Source of the DNA: Desulfobacterales bacterium
Lineage (GTDB): Bacteria; Desulfobacterota; Desulfobacteria; Desulfobacterales; JAUYIZ01
Reading direction: 5' to 3'
Length of the DNA stretch: 64,000 nucleotides
Assembly (NCBI GenBank): GCA_030688615.1
Contig: JAUYIZ010000358.1
Coordinates: 1,006 to 65,005, forward strand
This document shows, in pieces, positions 11,188 to 20,820 of this stretch. The notes under the pieces are model-generated. The model worked only from the letters and a program-made list of their open reading frames with translations. It was not told where the DNA came from and searched no databases. The first letter of the stretch is position 1. Every line of letters starts with the position of its first letter. The position numbers were made by a program, and so were the translations under genes.

Positions 11188-11967
11188 CTACCGGGGGGTT
11201 GCCTCATCCCGCTGGCGGTTCCAGCGGACCCAGTCGTTGAGGTCTTCATCGATTGAAAACCGGAAAGGGGCCGTGGCCGTGCCGTCCGGGCTCACGGTAA
11301 TCTGCTGCAGGGCGCCGACAAGGTAGGTCCACTGTTCCATGGTTACCGGGCGGGGGCCCTGTATGGGAGAAGGACCCAATACTCTGGAAGGTTGCTGCAT
11401 GGGTCCGGGGGCGGCCGCGGACGGGTCCTGCCTGAGGCTGTTGACCAGCACTTCCCCCCAGTACACCTTAACCACCACGGACTGGTCTGAGGCCACATTC
11501 AGGCGATAAACCGTTCCCCGAATACCGGCCACCGCGGTTTTCGTCGTTATCTTGAAATCACTTTTGCTTGCGAATATCTTGGATACATTCGCCCATATTT
11601 TTCCGAGGCCCATCTTCACATTGACCTGGACCTTTTCACTCCCGCCGTCCGCCGGCGCAGGGACCAGTTCAAAGCGCGTCTGTTCGTCAAACCGGATATA
11701 ACTCTGGTCCGGCATTTTAAGCTCCAGCCTGGATTTTTTCCCGGTGCTGATTTGATCCCCTGGAACCACATGATCCCTTAATGATAAATGTTTTGGTGCT
11801 TTAACCCCTTTTTTAATGACCTCCGCACGGCCCTCAAGGGATGTGACTTCCGCATTTCCCGGCCCCATTTCCACCGATACATTCCCGTTTGCCGCTTGCG
11901 CCGGAAATGAGAGCGAAAATATCAACAGCGCCGTTACCCCTATGAGGTTAACTCTAAAGCATCTCAT
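11188..11967 (-). CDS. Secreted FecR-domain protein
   Basis: Signal peptide ending PAQA. FecR-like core: VPGDQISTGKKSRLELKMPDQSYIRFDEQTRFEL ... TAVAGIRGTVYRL. Confidence 0.65.
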   Translation of the reverse strand: MRCFRVNLIGVTALLIFSLSFPAQAANGNVSVEMGPGNAEVTSLEGRAEVIKKGVKAPKHLSLRDHVVPGDQISTGKKSRLELKMPDQSYIRFDEQTRFELVPAPADGGSEKVQVNVKMGLGKIWANVSKIFASKSDFKITTKTAVAGIRGTVYRLNVASDQSVVVKVYWGEVLVNSLRQDPSAAAPGPMQQPSRVLGPSPIQGPRPVTMEQWTYLVGALQQITVSPDGTATAPFRFSIDEDLNDWVRWNRQRDEATPR

Positions 11968-11998
11968 GCCGTCTACTCCACGGATGGTCTAGTAACAA

Positions 11999-12136
11999 GT
12001 CAAAGTTCAGACGGTTTTGTAAAAAGCTCTAAATTCAAGGCGCGCAAGTTTCGTGCGATGAGGCGTACTTGACGTACGCCGCAATCGCAACGGAATGCAG
12101 CGCAACGCAGAAGTTGGGCTTTTTACGAAACCGTCA
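11999..12136. mobile_element. MITE-like palindromic repeat, full copy A (~138 bp)
   Basis: Near-identical to 61890-62027. The terminal inverted repeats are GACGGTTTTGTAAAAAGC (12010-12027) and GCTTTTTACGAAACCGTC (12118-12135). The central hairpin is GGCGTAC-ttgac-GTACGCC. The right end contains the TGA stop of gene 12134-13288. Confidence 0.75.
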
Positions 12137-13288
12137 CAGCTGGTTTTTGAGGGTCCGTATACTGAGCAAAGCGTCGGCCCCGGAAACGGGCCCCGCCGCA
12201 TCAAATTCGCCTGTCTTAAAATCTTTAATCTCCATAATGCCCCGGGTGACACAGAGCACGGCCGCATTGAAATAGGGCAGGTCGTTTCTCAGGTCCGGGA
12301 AAGGAGAACTGCCACCGATAAACTTCGTGGCCAGTTTTTCATCGCCGGTAGTTTTGATGATGATATCTTCTATCATCATGGCAAAGCCCGCACGGGTTAT
12401 CATCTGGTCGGGTTTAAAGGTATGGTCGGGGAAAGCTTCAAGCCCCTTGATGCCGATTTCGAGCGCCGCGTGTATATCGGCGCTTAAGACATGATCCGCG
12501 GCATCGGTCACAGGGGGATTTTTTTCCTGCGCTTGCGGCATCAAACTCTTTTCAGGGCTTTGAAAAGAAGTGTTGAACTTGGCGGGTCTTTTTGCGGAAA
12601 ACAGCTGGTCAACCTTGAGCTCCTCGATAAACAGGGCCGCCACATCCGCACGGGTTATTTCAGCCATCAGCGCGATTTTTTTTCCGATTTCCGATCCCGG
12701 CATCGCCCGTTCGATTTTTTGAATCATCTTCCATTCCTGATCTGCCGCCGCCACATGGTCCCGGTTAAGATCGATCACCTTGCGAAACTGATTTTTTGCA
12801 TCGGAAAACTGCAATGCTTCCTTGTGGGCCATCCCCATGTAATAATAGGGTCCGGCAAGATCGGGCGTGGCCAGAATTGCTTTGTCAAAGTGGCTCTTTA
12901 CCTGTTCCAGCCAGTCACCGCCGATCTTCTGGTTTCCCATGATGTACAGCCGCATGTACCCCACGTAGACGGCGCTTTCCTGTGCCTTGTCCTGAGCATA
13001 TTGTTCGGCCTTCTTCAGTTGCCCGAGACCATTTTTATAGTCCGATCTAATACCATGGACCAGGCCAAGACCGACATAAGCAGGCGAATATTTCGGGTCC
13101 AGTTCCCTGGCCCGGTCAAATTCACGGAAAGCCGCTTCAATCTTGTTCGCATTGAGCAGCTTCACACCGCTGGAAACATGATGGGACGGCGTATCCAGGG
13201 CTGCTTTCGGGGCAAGGGGTTTGGGACCGCATGAAAAAATAAAAACGCAACCGGCGATCAAGATAAAAGCTTTCGTTTTTAAGGACAT
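12134..13288 (-). CDS. Lipoprotein with N-terminal TPR repeats and C-terminal SLH-like domains
   Basis: Lipobox FIFSCG. TPR-like AAFREFDRARELDPKYSPAYVGLGLV. Three SLH-like segments are present: ITRADVAALFIEELK, ITRAGFAMMIEDI, VSGADALLSIRTL. Confidence 0.6.
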   Translation of the reverse strand: MSLKTKAFILIAGCVFIFSCGPKPLAPKAALDTPSHHVSSGVKLLNANKIEAAFREFDRARELDPKYSPAYVGLGLVHGIRSDYKNGLGQLKKAEQYAQDKAQESAVYVGYMRLYIMGNQKIGGDWLEQVKSHFDKAILATPDLAGPYYYMGMAHKEALQFSDAKNQFRKVIDLNRDHVAAADQEWKMIQKIERAMPGSEIGKKIALMAEITRADVAALFIEELKVDQLFSAKRPAKFNTSFQSPEKSLMPQAQEKNPPVTDAADHVLSADIHAALEIGIKGLEAFPDHTFKPDQMITRAGFAMMIEDIIIKTTGDEKLATKFIGGSSPFPDLRNDLPYFNAAVLCVTRGIMEIKDFKTGEFDAAGPVSGADALLSIRTLKNQL

Positions 13289-13314
13289 GATTCCTCCGTG
13301 CTCCGGATTTCGGG

Positions 13315-14160
13315 CTAGTCAACCACAACCATTACGCGGCATTTTTTCAGAAAGGAAAGGTGCTCGGAAGCACTCCGGAGTCTGGCAGCGTCGGAATTGC
13401 TCACAACGATATTTGAAAACCCGCCGCCCTCTGTTTTCAACCCTTTGACGGTCAAGGGGTTGTCCGCGACCCGCTGGTTGGTTATGGCCGCTTTGATGTC
13501 CTTGGCGTATCCGGTCATCCCTTGCTGGACGGCAAACTCCCGGCTGACATAAGCAGACCCGTAAACTTCCTTGCCGTCTTCATCAAGTATCTTGGGGGCC
13601 ATTGCAGGCCGCGCATTTAAACCCCTTGCGTCCACCACCAAACCTGTAAATGCCTTCATCTGCTCTTTCGCATCAGAGGCCGATGGGTTTACGGCCGGCT
13701 TGATCGGTTCAATCTGCTTGATTTCCCTGGGCAGAATCAGCTGGGAAAACCCGCCGTGCAAACTCAACTGCATGACGATTTCCACCGTGCCGTCCGACAT
13801 GTATTCCTGTTTAACCAGTTCTGCCCCCTGCACCATTCCCGAAACTTTTGCGTTGATGACATCGCTTTGAATTGCAAAGTTTTTCACCGTCGTGCTGGAA
13901 TCAATCCGGACACCGTTGACAATTTCCAGGATGTTACGCAGGGCATCGATTCGCGCCGCCCTGAGCGCCATGGGACGGGCCTGGGGTTTACCATAGTCCT
14001 TTTCAGGCGGGGCCCCGATGCCTTTGGCCTGAACCTTTCCTGTTGTCCAGTTGATACTTCCATTTTGAAGCCTCTCTTCCACGTCCTGGCCGGCGGCATT
14101 TCCGTTAGCAAAAAACCCCAGAGATAAAATCAGCAGAATAATCAACGAACACTTTTTCAT
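13315..14160 (-). CDS. LPP20/FlgP-like secreted protein with a conserved C-terminal TGLVVDARG module
   Basis: Signal peptide. The LPP20-like core is ARPMALRAARIDALRNILEIVNGVRIDSSTTVKNFAIQSDVINAKVSGMVQGAE. The C-terminal half is homologous to that of gene 19623-20819. Confidence 0.6.
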   Translation of the reverse strand: MKKCSLIILLILSLGFFANGNAAGQDVEERLQNGSINWTTGKVQAKGIGAPPEKDYGKPQARPMALRAARIDALRNILEIVNGVRIDSSTTVKNFAIQSDVINAKVSGMVQGAELVKQEYMSDGTVEIVMQLSLHGGFSQLILPREIKQIEPIKPAVNPSASDAKEQMKAFTGLVVDARGLNARPAMAPKILDEDGKEVYGSAYVSREFAVQQGMTGYAKDIKAAITNQRVADNPLTVKGLKTEGGGFSNIVVSNSDAARLRSASEHLSFLKKCRVMVVVD

Positions 14161-14197
14161 AATTCCTCCTTAACGATATTTCCGCAAAACACTCTCA

Positions 14198-14485
14198 TTA
14201 GTCCCCTTTCTGGGGAATTTTATGCCAGTATTGCATGGCAATCCCATCTTTGAGCACATCGACGAGAATCCATGCATCCCCGGTCCGGGTGTCAATTCTG
14301 AAGAGTCTTTTTTCGATAAACACCGTGGTTTTGCTTTGTTGTATCATGGTTGAATTGTATTCCGCATTAAACAGTTGAAACCTTTGTTCCTCTTCCTTAT
14401 TATCTGCGGCCATCGATGGCGGCACGGAAAAAATCAGAACAAGCAGGCCGATGCATACGACTGGTAACGATATATATTTTTTCAT
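14198..14485 (-). CDS. Small secreted hypothetical protein (95 aa)
   Basis: N-terminal signal peptide (PPSMA/AD). It is packed tightly within the operon. No recognisable domain. Confidence 0.5.
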   Translation of the reverse strand: MKKYISLPVVCIGLLVLIFSVPPSMAADNKEEEQRFQLFNAEYNSTMIQQSKTTVFIEKRLFRIDTRTGDAWILVDVLKDGIAMQYWHKIPQKGD

Positions 14486-14504
14486 AAAATTATTTTTCTC
14501 CTCA

Positions 14505-16496
14505 TCACTTTTTGGGCTGTACCAAGGGGCTGGCGACCATCTGACTGTCCTCGGGGTTGCTTTTCAACCCGTCCTGGTCTTCGGCAACGACCCGATATCT
14601 AAAGGTCGCGCCGGGACTTAAATCCCGGTCGGTATAATCGGTTTCCCCTGCAGCCCTTTGCGCGATTTTTGACCAGGAGCCGTTGTTTTTGCTGCGGTAT
14701 AGAAGATATCCCGTGATGTCCGGCTCCATGTTTTTCTCCCAGCGCAAGGAAATCGTGTCCGGATTCGCCGTTACCGTCAGGCCTTTTACATTGGCGGGAA
14801 CAGGTTTGGTCGTAGCATGCACCGCCGGACTCGCCGGGCCTTCCGCGCCGAAAAGATTAAAACTGGTGACCGCATAATAATACCTCGCGCCATCGTTGAC
14901 CTGCTCGAACATGGTCCCGCCGTCCAGATAGAAATGGGATTTATAATCATCGACCTTGGTGACGAATTTGAGCGCATTGAGGTCACTTCCCCGGTAAACG
15001 GAATACCCTCCCACATCCGCATCCGCAAGGCTGGTCCAGGAAATACGGACAGATCGGAACATACCGCTCTGGGCCATTACATCCACCGGGAAGGAAGGCA
15101 AGGCTTTCGTCCTGACCCGCACCATGTTCGAAGGCCCTGATTCACCAAAGGAGTCGTACCCGGTCATATGGTACTGATAGTCCCGCCCGTCCTCAAGCTC
15201 CCTGGAATCGGTCAGCTCAAACTGGAGAGGTGTGTTTATCTTGGCGACCTTGAGCCATTTTCCCTCAACAAGCCGCCGATAGAGATAATAGCCTTCCACA
15301 TTTTCTATGGGTTTCCACGAGAACTGAGCCTTTCTGAGCAAATTGTCCTGAGCGGCCGCGAGGGTCGGGCGCGCCACCGTAGCCGCCGACTGGGAATCGG
15401 ACAGCAGGCTTTCAAGATCATTCTGGTCCACACTTGAAACCGCATAGGTGTAATTTTCCTGATCTTCCAGATTGTCCGTATCCCTGGCGTTGAATGCCAA
15501 TTCGTTTTCGGATATCTGGGTGGCATCTATGGTTTTTATCTTTTCCCAGTCCGCGCTTGATTTTGATTTCCGGTAAATGACATATTGAATGATTTTAAAT
15601 CTTTCCTGCCGGTTTAAAAGGGAGGGAACGAACTTAAGCTCCATGCGCCGGACGTGGCCCGTCAGGCTTAAAATCAGCGGCGGGTGAGGAATTTTTTCGC
15701 CGACATTTTTAATCTGTGCGGTATGCCTGCTCTTTACTTCCTGGCCGGAATGAAGCAGTACGCCCACGCGATAATAGTAAGCCCTGCCCCTTTGGATCTG
15801 GGTGTCCTGGAAAATGTTTTTGGTCGTTTTCCCATGCAGCTGAAAGGGCCCTTCAGCGCTTTCCGCGCGATACATATTAAAACCTGTGATGGGCCTTTCC
15901 GGATTAAACTTCCAGGTCAGAACCACTTGATTTCCAGCGCTTTTCGCGCGAAGATCTTCAATGTCAACATCGGCCGGTTCCGCTGTAAGGGAAGGAATTC
16001 CCGCCGCAGCCCTCCCGCTGGAAATCGTTGCGCTCAACTCCCTGGCAACTTGGGGAATACGGGCCAGGATATCTTCCCGCCCTGAATATTCATGGGTCCA
16101 GATTTTTCGCACCGCTTTGCCCTGGATGTCCATGAGACTGAGGTGAGAAGTGATCCTTCCGCCTGTTCTCGAAACATTGCCGAAAAGGATAAAAGAAACC
16201 CCGAGGACGCCGCCGGCTTTTAGAACGGTCTCCGGATTATCCCCCTGGACCAGCCCGGCCTGAAACAGAACTTCCTCCATGGCCCGCCGCGACATGACCT
16301 TGATTGTTTTCTCCCTTTCCATGGCCGAAATCAACGCATATAGAATTTCCCCGTCATACCCCATGGCTTCGATATTGGTGGGCCGGAAATTAAAGATGGC
16401 CAGGGCGTTATTTTGGGCATGGGAAAAAGCCGCCGCATAAAGCAGGCAGAAACCGGCGGATGCGATCCAGATTATGCTCCGGGAACGAAACCTCAT
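14505..16496 (-). CDS. Secreted protein with an N-terminal LpoB/CsgG/FlgO-like module followed by about five fibronectin type III-like repeats
   Basis: Signal peptide, then LAIFNFRPTN...GVSFILFGNVSRTGGRITSHLSLMD. Five repeats share the pattern xxLxWxxxxxxxIxGYxxYR...YxYxVxAxD. Confidence 0.65.
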   Translation of the reverse strand: MRFRSRSIIWIASAGFCLLYAAAFSHAQNNALAIFNFRPTNIEAMGYDGEILYALISAMEREKTIKVMSRRAMEEVLFQAGLVQGDNPETVLKAGGVLGVSFILFGNVSRTGGRITSHLSLMDIQGKAVRKIWTHEYSGREDILARIPQVARELSATISSGRAAAGIPSLTAEPADVDIEDLRAKSAGNQVVLTWKFNPERPITGFNMYRAESAEGPFQLHGKTTKNIFQDTQIQRGRAYYYRVGVLLHSGQEVKSRHTAQIKNVGEKIPHPPLILSLTGHVRRMELKFVPSLLNRQERFKIIQYVIYRKSKSSADWEKIKTIDATQISENELAFNARDTDNLEDQENYTYAVSSVDQNDLESLLSDSQSAATVARPTLAAAQDNLLRKAQFSWKPIENVEGYYLYRRLVEGKWLKVAKINTPLQFELTDSRELEDGRDYQYHMTGYDSFGESGPSNMVRVRTKALPSFPVDVMAQSGMFRSVRISWTSLADADVGGYSVYRGSDLNALKFVTKVDDYKSHFYLDGGTMFEQVNDGARYYYAVTSFNLFGAEGPASPAVHATTKPVPANVKGLTVTANPDTISLRWEKNMEPDITGYLLYRSKNNGSWSKIAQRAAGETDYTDRDLSPGATFRYRVVAEDQDGLKSNPEDSQMVASPLVQPKK

Positions 16497-18518
16497 TTAA
16501 CCTCCGATCTGGGCTTTGTAGTTTCGGAAAATTTCATCAATCTTTTCCAGCGCCTGTTTGGATAAAGGTGACCCCTGGATCATTTTCAGTTTTTCGTCAA
16601 ATACGGCGTTGATATAACCTTCCGCGGCATTAATGGTATCTCTTCGCCGCAGATAATTATCGCCTGCCGTGGAATAGGTGTTCTCAAGATTCTGAAGCGG
16701 ACGGAGCGCCTCCCGGCCCAGTTCAGCCACCACCTCATCGGTCATCTGCTGAAGCAGCTCGGTGTCCGTCGCGATTTCCAGCGGATCAAACTTGACTTTG
16801 GCCTCCGGAAGTCCCGCGCTGGTTTCATCCTCAACGGTTTTTTTGCTTTCAATGGTCCGGACCTGAATATTTTCCCCGGTGCGCACGTCCACGATCCGGA
16901 AAGAAAGCTGCGCAAACCCCACCTTTTTGTGATGGGAAACCTTGTACTCCTTTTCAGCATACTCCGGGGCGACAATTTTTGCCGGCGGCGCATTCTTGAT
17001 TTCGGATTCGCTCGCTTTCGGATTTTTTGCCACCCAGTTGAGGTAATTTATATTATCCTGGATGCGCGTGCCGATCTGGTAACGCACCGATTTTGTGCCA
17101 TCGGAAATGCTGGTGTCCACTTTGTAAAGCAGCACGCTGCCCATGATGGCCACATCGATGCCGTAAACACGCCCCATTTCCTTGGCCGTGTTGGAAGAAA
17201 CCACCCCGATCTGCCCCAGTTTCATCTCTTCTAAAATGGACTTTAAATTTTCGCGCTCCAGTATCTTGATATCGCCGCTAGCGTTTTTAAACAGATAGGT
17301 AATCAGGTTATTTGCCACAATAACCCCGGCATCGCTATAATGGGAGGGACTGCCGAAATCAAAAACAGCTATCGATTTTTGGACCCTGGTGCGGATTTCA
17401 TCTTCCATGGCCTGGCTTAAAAAGAAAATATCTTTATATGCCGGATCAATCTTTTTCAGTTTTTCATACCAGAACCAGGCGCTGCCGAATTTGCCCTGTT
17501 CCTTAAAATAGTCGGCTAAAAAAGCCGCCCGGCTTGCCAGATCCCTGCGCAGGCTGTTGAGCTGAAAATCGTTCGGGTCCCCGATGTAACTGGCTGCCAG
17601 GTCAAATTCGCCAAACCCTTTAAATATCCAGCCGTCATTCATCTGGGCCCGGGCTTGGCTGATATAGAACTCGCCGGCTTTTACCCGCACCTGGGCAATC
17701 AGCTGCCGTAACTCCTGGTCGTCCGGATCGTATTCAAGGGCTCTTCGATAGGATTTTGCGGCCCGGTCCCACTTTTGCGCGATGACCGCCTCTCTGGCCT
17801 GTTTGATAAAATAGTCCTTGTTGTCCTGTTGCTGGGCGATCCCAAGAAGTTCCCTGGAAGGTTGATGATCCCCTTTCAATGCCAGGGCTTTGCGAAGATT
17901 TTCAGCGGCGCCCTTAAAATCCTCCTGGTCAAAGAGGGCTTTTCCCTGCTGGAAAAAGGACTGAGACCCTTTTTGAGACGTTTCTGCAAGCAGCCGGAAT
18001 GAATCCTCATAGTTTGGAAAAATCGTCTGGAGCTGCTGCAAATTAAAATAGGCCTTTAACCATTCATTGCCGCCCATCAGGGTCTTGGTTTCGGCATAAA
18101 GACGGTTTGCCTCATCGAGCAGCGATTTTTGCGCCTTGTCCACCTGACCGGAAAAGCGGGTGACTTCCGGATGGCCGGCATCTATTTCCCGGGCCTTGGC
18201 AAGCTGATCCTTGGCCGTATTGATGGCGGCGACATTCAGGGGCGACTGGGAGCTTAAGGCTTTGGAACCCTTGTCCACATAATCCCGGATGAGATTTTCT
18301 TTTAAATCCGCCAGGGACTTTTGATATTCTTGATTGCCCGGCTCTTTGGCAATGGCCTGTTCAAGATAGGCGATGGCCTCCTTGTATTTTTTGGCCGCGC
18401 TTAACTGCATGCCGATTTTATATTCCTCCTGTCCGGTAGCGCACGCCAGGATAAAGGTCACCAATAGAAAAAAAATTCCGCCCCGCATGATTCCCCGTTT
18501 TTTCATGTTATCCTCCAA
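16497..18518 (-). CDS. TPR-repeat lipoprotein with a C-terminal CsgG/LpoB/FlgO-like module
   Basis: Lipobox ILACATG. Multiple TPR-like helices, e.g. KYKEAIAYLEQAIAKEPGNQEY and WDRAAKSYRRALEYDPDDQE. C-terminal region: SIAVFDFGSPS...ERENLKSILEEMKLGQIG...GIDVAIMGSV. Its stop abuts the next start at 16496/16497. Confidence 0.65.
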   Translation of the reverse strand: MEDNMKKRGIMRGGIFFLLVTFILACATGQEEYKIGMQLSAAKKYKEAIAYLEQAIAKEPGNQEYQKSLADLKENLIRDYVDKGSKALSSQSPLNVAAINTAKDQLAKAREIDAGHPEVTRFSGQVDKAQKSLLDEANRLYAETKTLMGGNEWLKAYFNLQQLQTIFPNYEDSFRLLAETSQKGSQSFFQQGKALFDQEDFKGAAENLRKALALKGDHQPSRELLGIAQQQDNKDYFIKQAREAVIAQKWDRAAKSYRRALEYDPDDQELRQLIAQVRVKAGEFYISQARAQMNDGWIFKGFGEFDLAASYIGDPNDFQLNSLRRDLASRAAFLADYFKEQGKFGSAWFWYEKLKKIDPAYKDIFFLSQAMEDEIRTRVQKSIAVFDFGSPSHYSDAGVIVANNLITYLFKNASGDIKILERENLKSILEEMKLGQIGVVSSNTAKEMGRVYGIDVAIMGSVLLYKVDTSISDGTKSVRYQIGTRIQDNINYLNWVAKNPKASESEIKNAPPAKIVAPEYAEKEYKVSHHKKVGFAQLSFRIVDVRTGENIQVRTIESKKTVEDETSAGLPEAKVKFDPLEIATDTELLQQMTDEVVAELGREALRPLQNLENTYSTAGDNYLRRRDTINAAEGYINAVFDEKLKMIQGSPLSKQALEKIDEIFRNYKAQIGG

Positions 18519-18524
18519 GAAAGA

Positions 18525-19598
18525 TCAATCAATTCTTTTAATAGTTATTCGGTTGTTGGAAATATCTTCCATCTGGGATTTAAAATATTTTTTATTAAAG
18601 TAGGACATCTGGATTTCATCGGCGAACTGCTCGGGCCAGCCCCTGTATTTGAGATGGTATTCGGCGCTGTTCTTGCTGAAGCGTATCAAGGTCGAACTTA
18701 AGATGCCACTCACGTCCGATTTAAAAATCACAGCGGTCTCCTGCGCCACCGCATGGGAGGGCACGGCCTTGACGATCAGATATATTTCCCGTTCGCTGAA
18801 CAGCTCCTTTTCCCATACGGCCAGAAGTTTCTGTCTCAAATTTTTCCAGATGGCATCCACGCAAGATATTGCCCCCTTGTCCAGGGCTTTCAGGGAATTT
18901 TCCCCCGGCAGGGATTTTACCGCGTTGGCGGCGGCTAAAATCTCGCCGTCGCCCGGCCGGTAGATGTTCGCGCTCAGGCTGACTTCATTGAGGGTGATTT
19001 CCAGGTCCTGGTACTTGGTATGCTTCGAGGCCACTTCAAGGCTTAACCCCACCAGAAGTCCCATTTGCAGCGGGTTGTCCTTGGCGTATTTGAAAACGCT
19101 TAACCCGGTATTTTTAAGTTTATCCGTCAGCAGGTTGGCCGTTTTGTTGGCAGTGGGCCAGTAGTTTTTATTCAAATTGGGGTCGATAACAATGCTGATA
19201 CGCGGATTTTTTTGCCAGCTCAGAATTTTTTGGAACCGATCCAGATCATCCACCAGCGCCGCAATCTCGACATCGGCTTCGATTGTTATTTCGTAGGACC
19301 CCAGAGCGGACTTTTTTTCCTCCAAAATTTTAAGATCTTTCAGATACCCGCTGGCACGGCTTAATATCTGATCTTTGACCACCTGGAAGTTTTCAACCAC
19401 GGTGTTGGACTGGATCGAGGTGCCCACGGCCTTTTCCACCGCTGCCCTTTTGGCTTCATCCAGGGCCTTTTCACGGGCCACAACCTCTCTTCCGGGCTCA
19501 TAAAAACTAAGCCCTTTGGCGGTGACGACATTACCGGCGCGCACCAGAGAAGGGCAGATAAACACGATGCTGAACAGGCATATTAGGGTCTTTTTCAT
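18525..19598 (-). CDS. Secreted LPP20/FlgT-N-like protein
   Basis: Signal peptide ending VRA. Core: REKALDEAKRAAVEKAVGTSIQSNTVVENFQVVKDQILSRASGYLKDLKILEE. It is a paralog of gene 43576-44715. Confidence 0.5.
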   Translation of the reverse strand: MKKTLICLFSIVFICPSLVRAGNVVTAKGLSFYEPGREVVAREKALDEAKRAAVEKAVGTSIQSNTVVENFQVVKDQILSRASGYLKDLKILEEKKSALGSYEITIEADVEIAALVDDLDRFQKILSWQKNPRISIVIDPNLNKNYWPTANKTANLLTDKLKNTGLSVFKYAKDNPLQMGLLVGLSLEVASKHTKYQDLEITLNEVSLSANIYRPGDGEILAAANAVKSLPGENSLKALDKGAISCVDAIWKNLRQKLLAVWEKELFSEREIYLIVKAVPSHAVAQETAVIFKSDVSGILSSTLIRFSKNSAEYHLKYRGWPEQFADEIQMSYFNKKYFKSQMEDISNNRITIKRID

Positions 19599-19622
19599 TT
19601 TTGGTTCCTCTCCCGGTCTTTC

Positions 19623-20819
19623 TCAGAACACGATCACGACTTTGCCGTCTGCCATAAAACTGCCCGGGGATTGTATATAGGATTTGAGCGTGTTAAATTC
19701 CTCCGGGCCGATGGAGAGACCCCGGTCGCCCCCTTGGGTGCCCCGGGATTTAATGGTGTACGGCAGGGACCCTGACTGGTCGCTTTGCTGCGCCCGGTCA
19801 ACTTTTCGATAGTATCTCACATAGCCGGTGCGGACCACTTTTTTCAAATCAACATAATCGCCCGGGTAGACCAGATTATTGCCGCTGTAGATTTCAGGCT
19901 TCAGACAGGGCCGGAAACCCGTGCCCCTGGCGTCAATCACCAGCCCGGTATACAGATCAGCCGTTTTCGTTTGGGTGGAAGGTTTCACTGGTTTTTTCCT
20001 GTCCCCTTGGCCTTCAAGATCGGACAGGCGCTTGGCCATACTGTCAAGCTTTTGCGCCAGCAAGGACATCCGGTTTTCCTGTTCCATAAACTTGTTTTTC
20101 AAAGTGGCCAGTTCCGTGTCGGATGCAGCCCCGGCGGCCTGGATCAAACGGGTGCCGGCCTGATAGTCGATCCAGGCCGCAATAAACTGTTTGAAAAACA
20201 AAATCGTCTGCTGTTGTTCGGCCCCGAGCCGTTGCAGTCGTGTAAAGTGCTCCTCAAGAATCCGGATGCGCTGCTCCAGCTCCCGGATTTTATTTTCCAG
20301 TCCGGGCGCCGGTTCTGCGGGAGTTGTTTTTTCCCCGGCCCGTATCGCGGGACTTAACAGGACCTGACTGAGTTGTCCGGCCAGAGGGATACTGACGGTA
20401 GCTTCCACGGTGCCGTCGGCAAACGTCTGGACGCCGTCCACGCTTGAAAAGTTTAACATGCCCTGAACCTTGGCAACGATGGAATCATCTTTGACCATGA
20501 AATTTTCCACCCGCGTGGTAGAGTCGATGTGAACCCCCTTGATCACTTCCAGCAAATTTCTTCTGGCATCCACCACGGCGGCACGCTGTGCCATGGCTCT
20601 GGCCTGACCGGGACTCTGTATATCCGGGCCGGGAACACCGACGCCCCTGGCAGACAATTTCTGCCCGACCCAGTCGATCGTCCCGAAATTTCCGATCTGC
20701 TCCATCGCCGGGTCAGCGGCAAAGCTCCATTGACCGCAAAAAAACATGCCAGCGGACAGCAGCGCAACGCACATATACTTTACCCCAGCTTTTCGAGATA
20801 CCTTCATAACACTCTCCAT
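19623..20819 (-). CDS. LPP20/FlgP-like secreted protein with a central coiled coil and a C-terminal TGLVIDARG module
   Basis: The start chosen (MESVMKVSRK, 20819) lies 1 nt after the upstream stop; the longer ORF overlaps the upstream gene. LPP20-like core: ARAMAQRAAVVDARRNLLEVIKGVHIDSTTRVENFMVKDDSIVAKVQG. A heptad-rich region includes KIRELEQRIRILEEHFTRLQ. Confidence 0.6.
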   Translation of the reverse strand: MESVMKVSRKAGVKYMCVALLSAGMFFCGQWSFAADPAMEQIGNFGTIDWVGQKLSARGVGVPGPDIQSPGQARAMAQRAAVVDARRNLLEVIKGVHIDSTTRVENFMVKDDSIVAKVQGMLNFSSVDGVQTFADGTVEATVSIPLAGQLSQVLLSPAIRAGEKTTPAEPAPGLENKIRELEQRIRILEEHFTRLQRLGAEQQQTILFFKQFIAAWIDYQAGTRLIQAAGAASDTELATLKNKFMEQENRMSLLAQKLDSMAKRLSDLEGQGDRKKPVKPSTQTKTADLYTGLVIDARGTGFRPCLKPEIYSGNNLVYPGDYVDLKKVVRTGYVRYYRKVDRAQQSDQSGSLPYTIKSRGTQGGDRGLSIGPEEFNTLKSYIQSPGSFMADGKVVIVF

Positions 20820-20820
20820 T

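Noticed and set aside
12007-12487. ORFs 12007-12267(-), 12095-12487(+) and 61986-62564(+) begin in similar sequence (MQRN(A/T)EV.LFTKPS...).
   Set aside because: The shared N-termini are translations of the MITE-like repeat. The remainder is antisense to real genes. The similarity reflects the DNA repeat, not a protein family.
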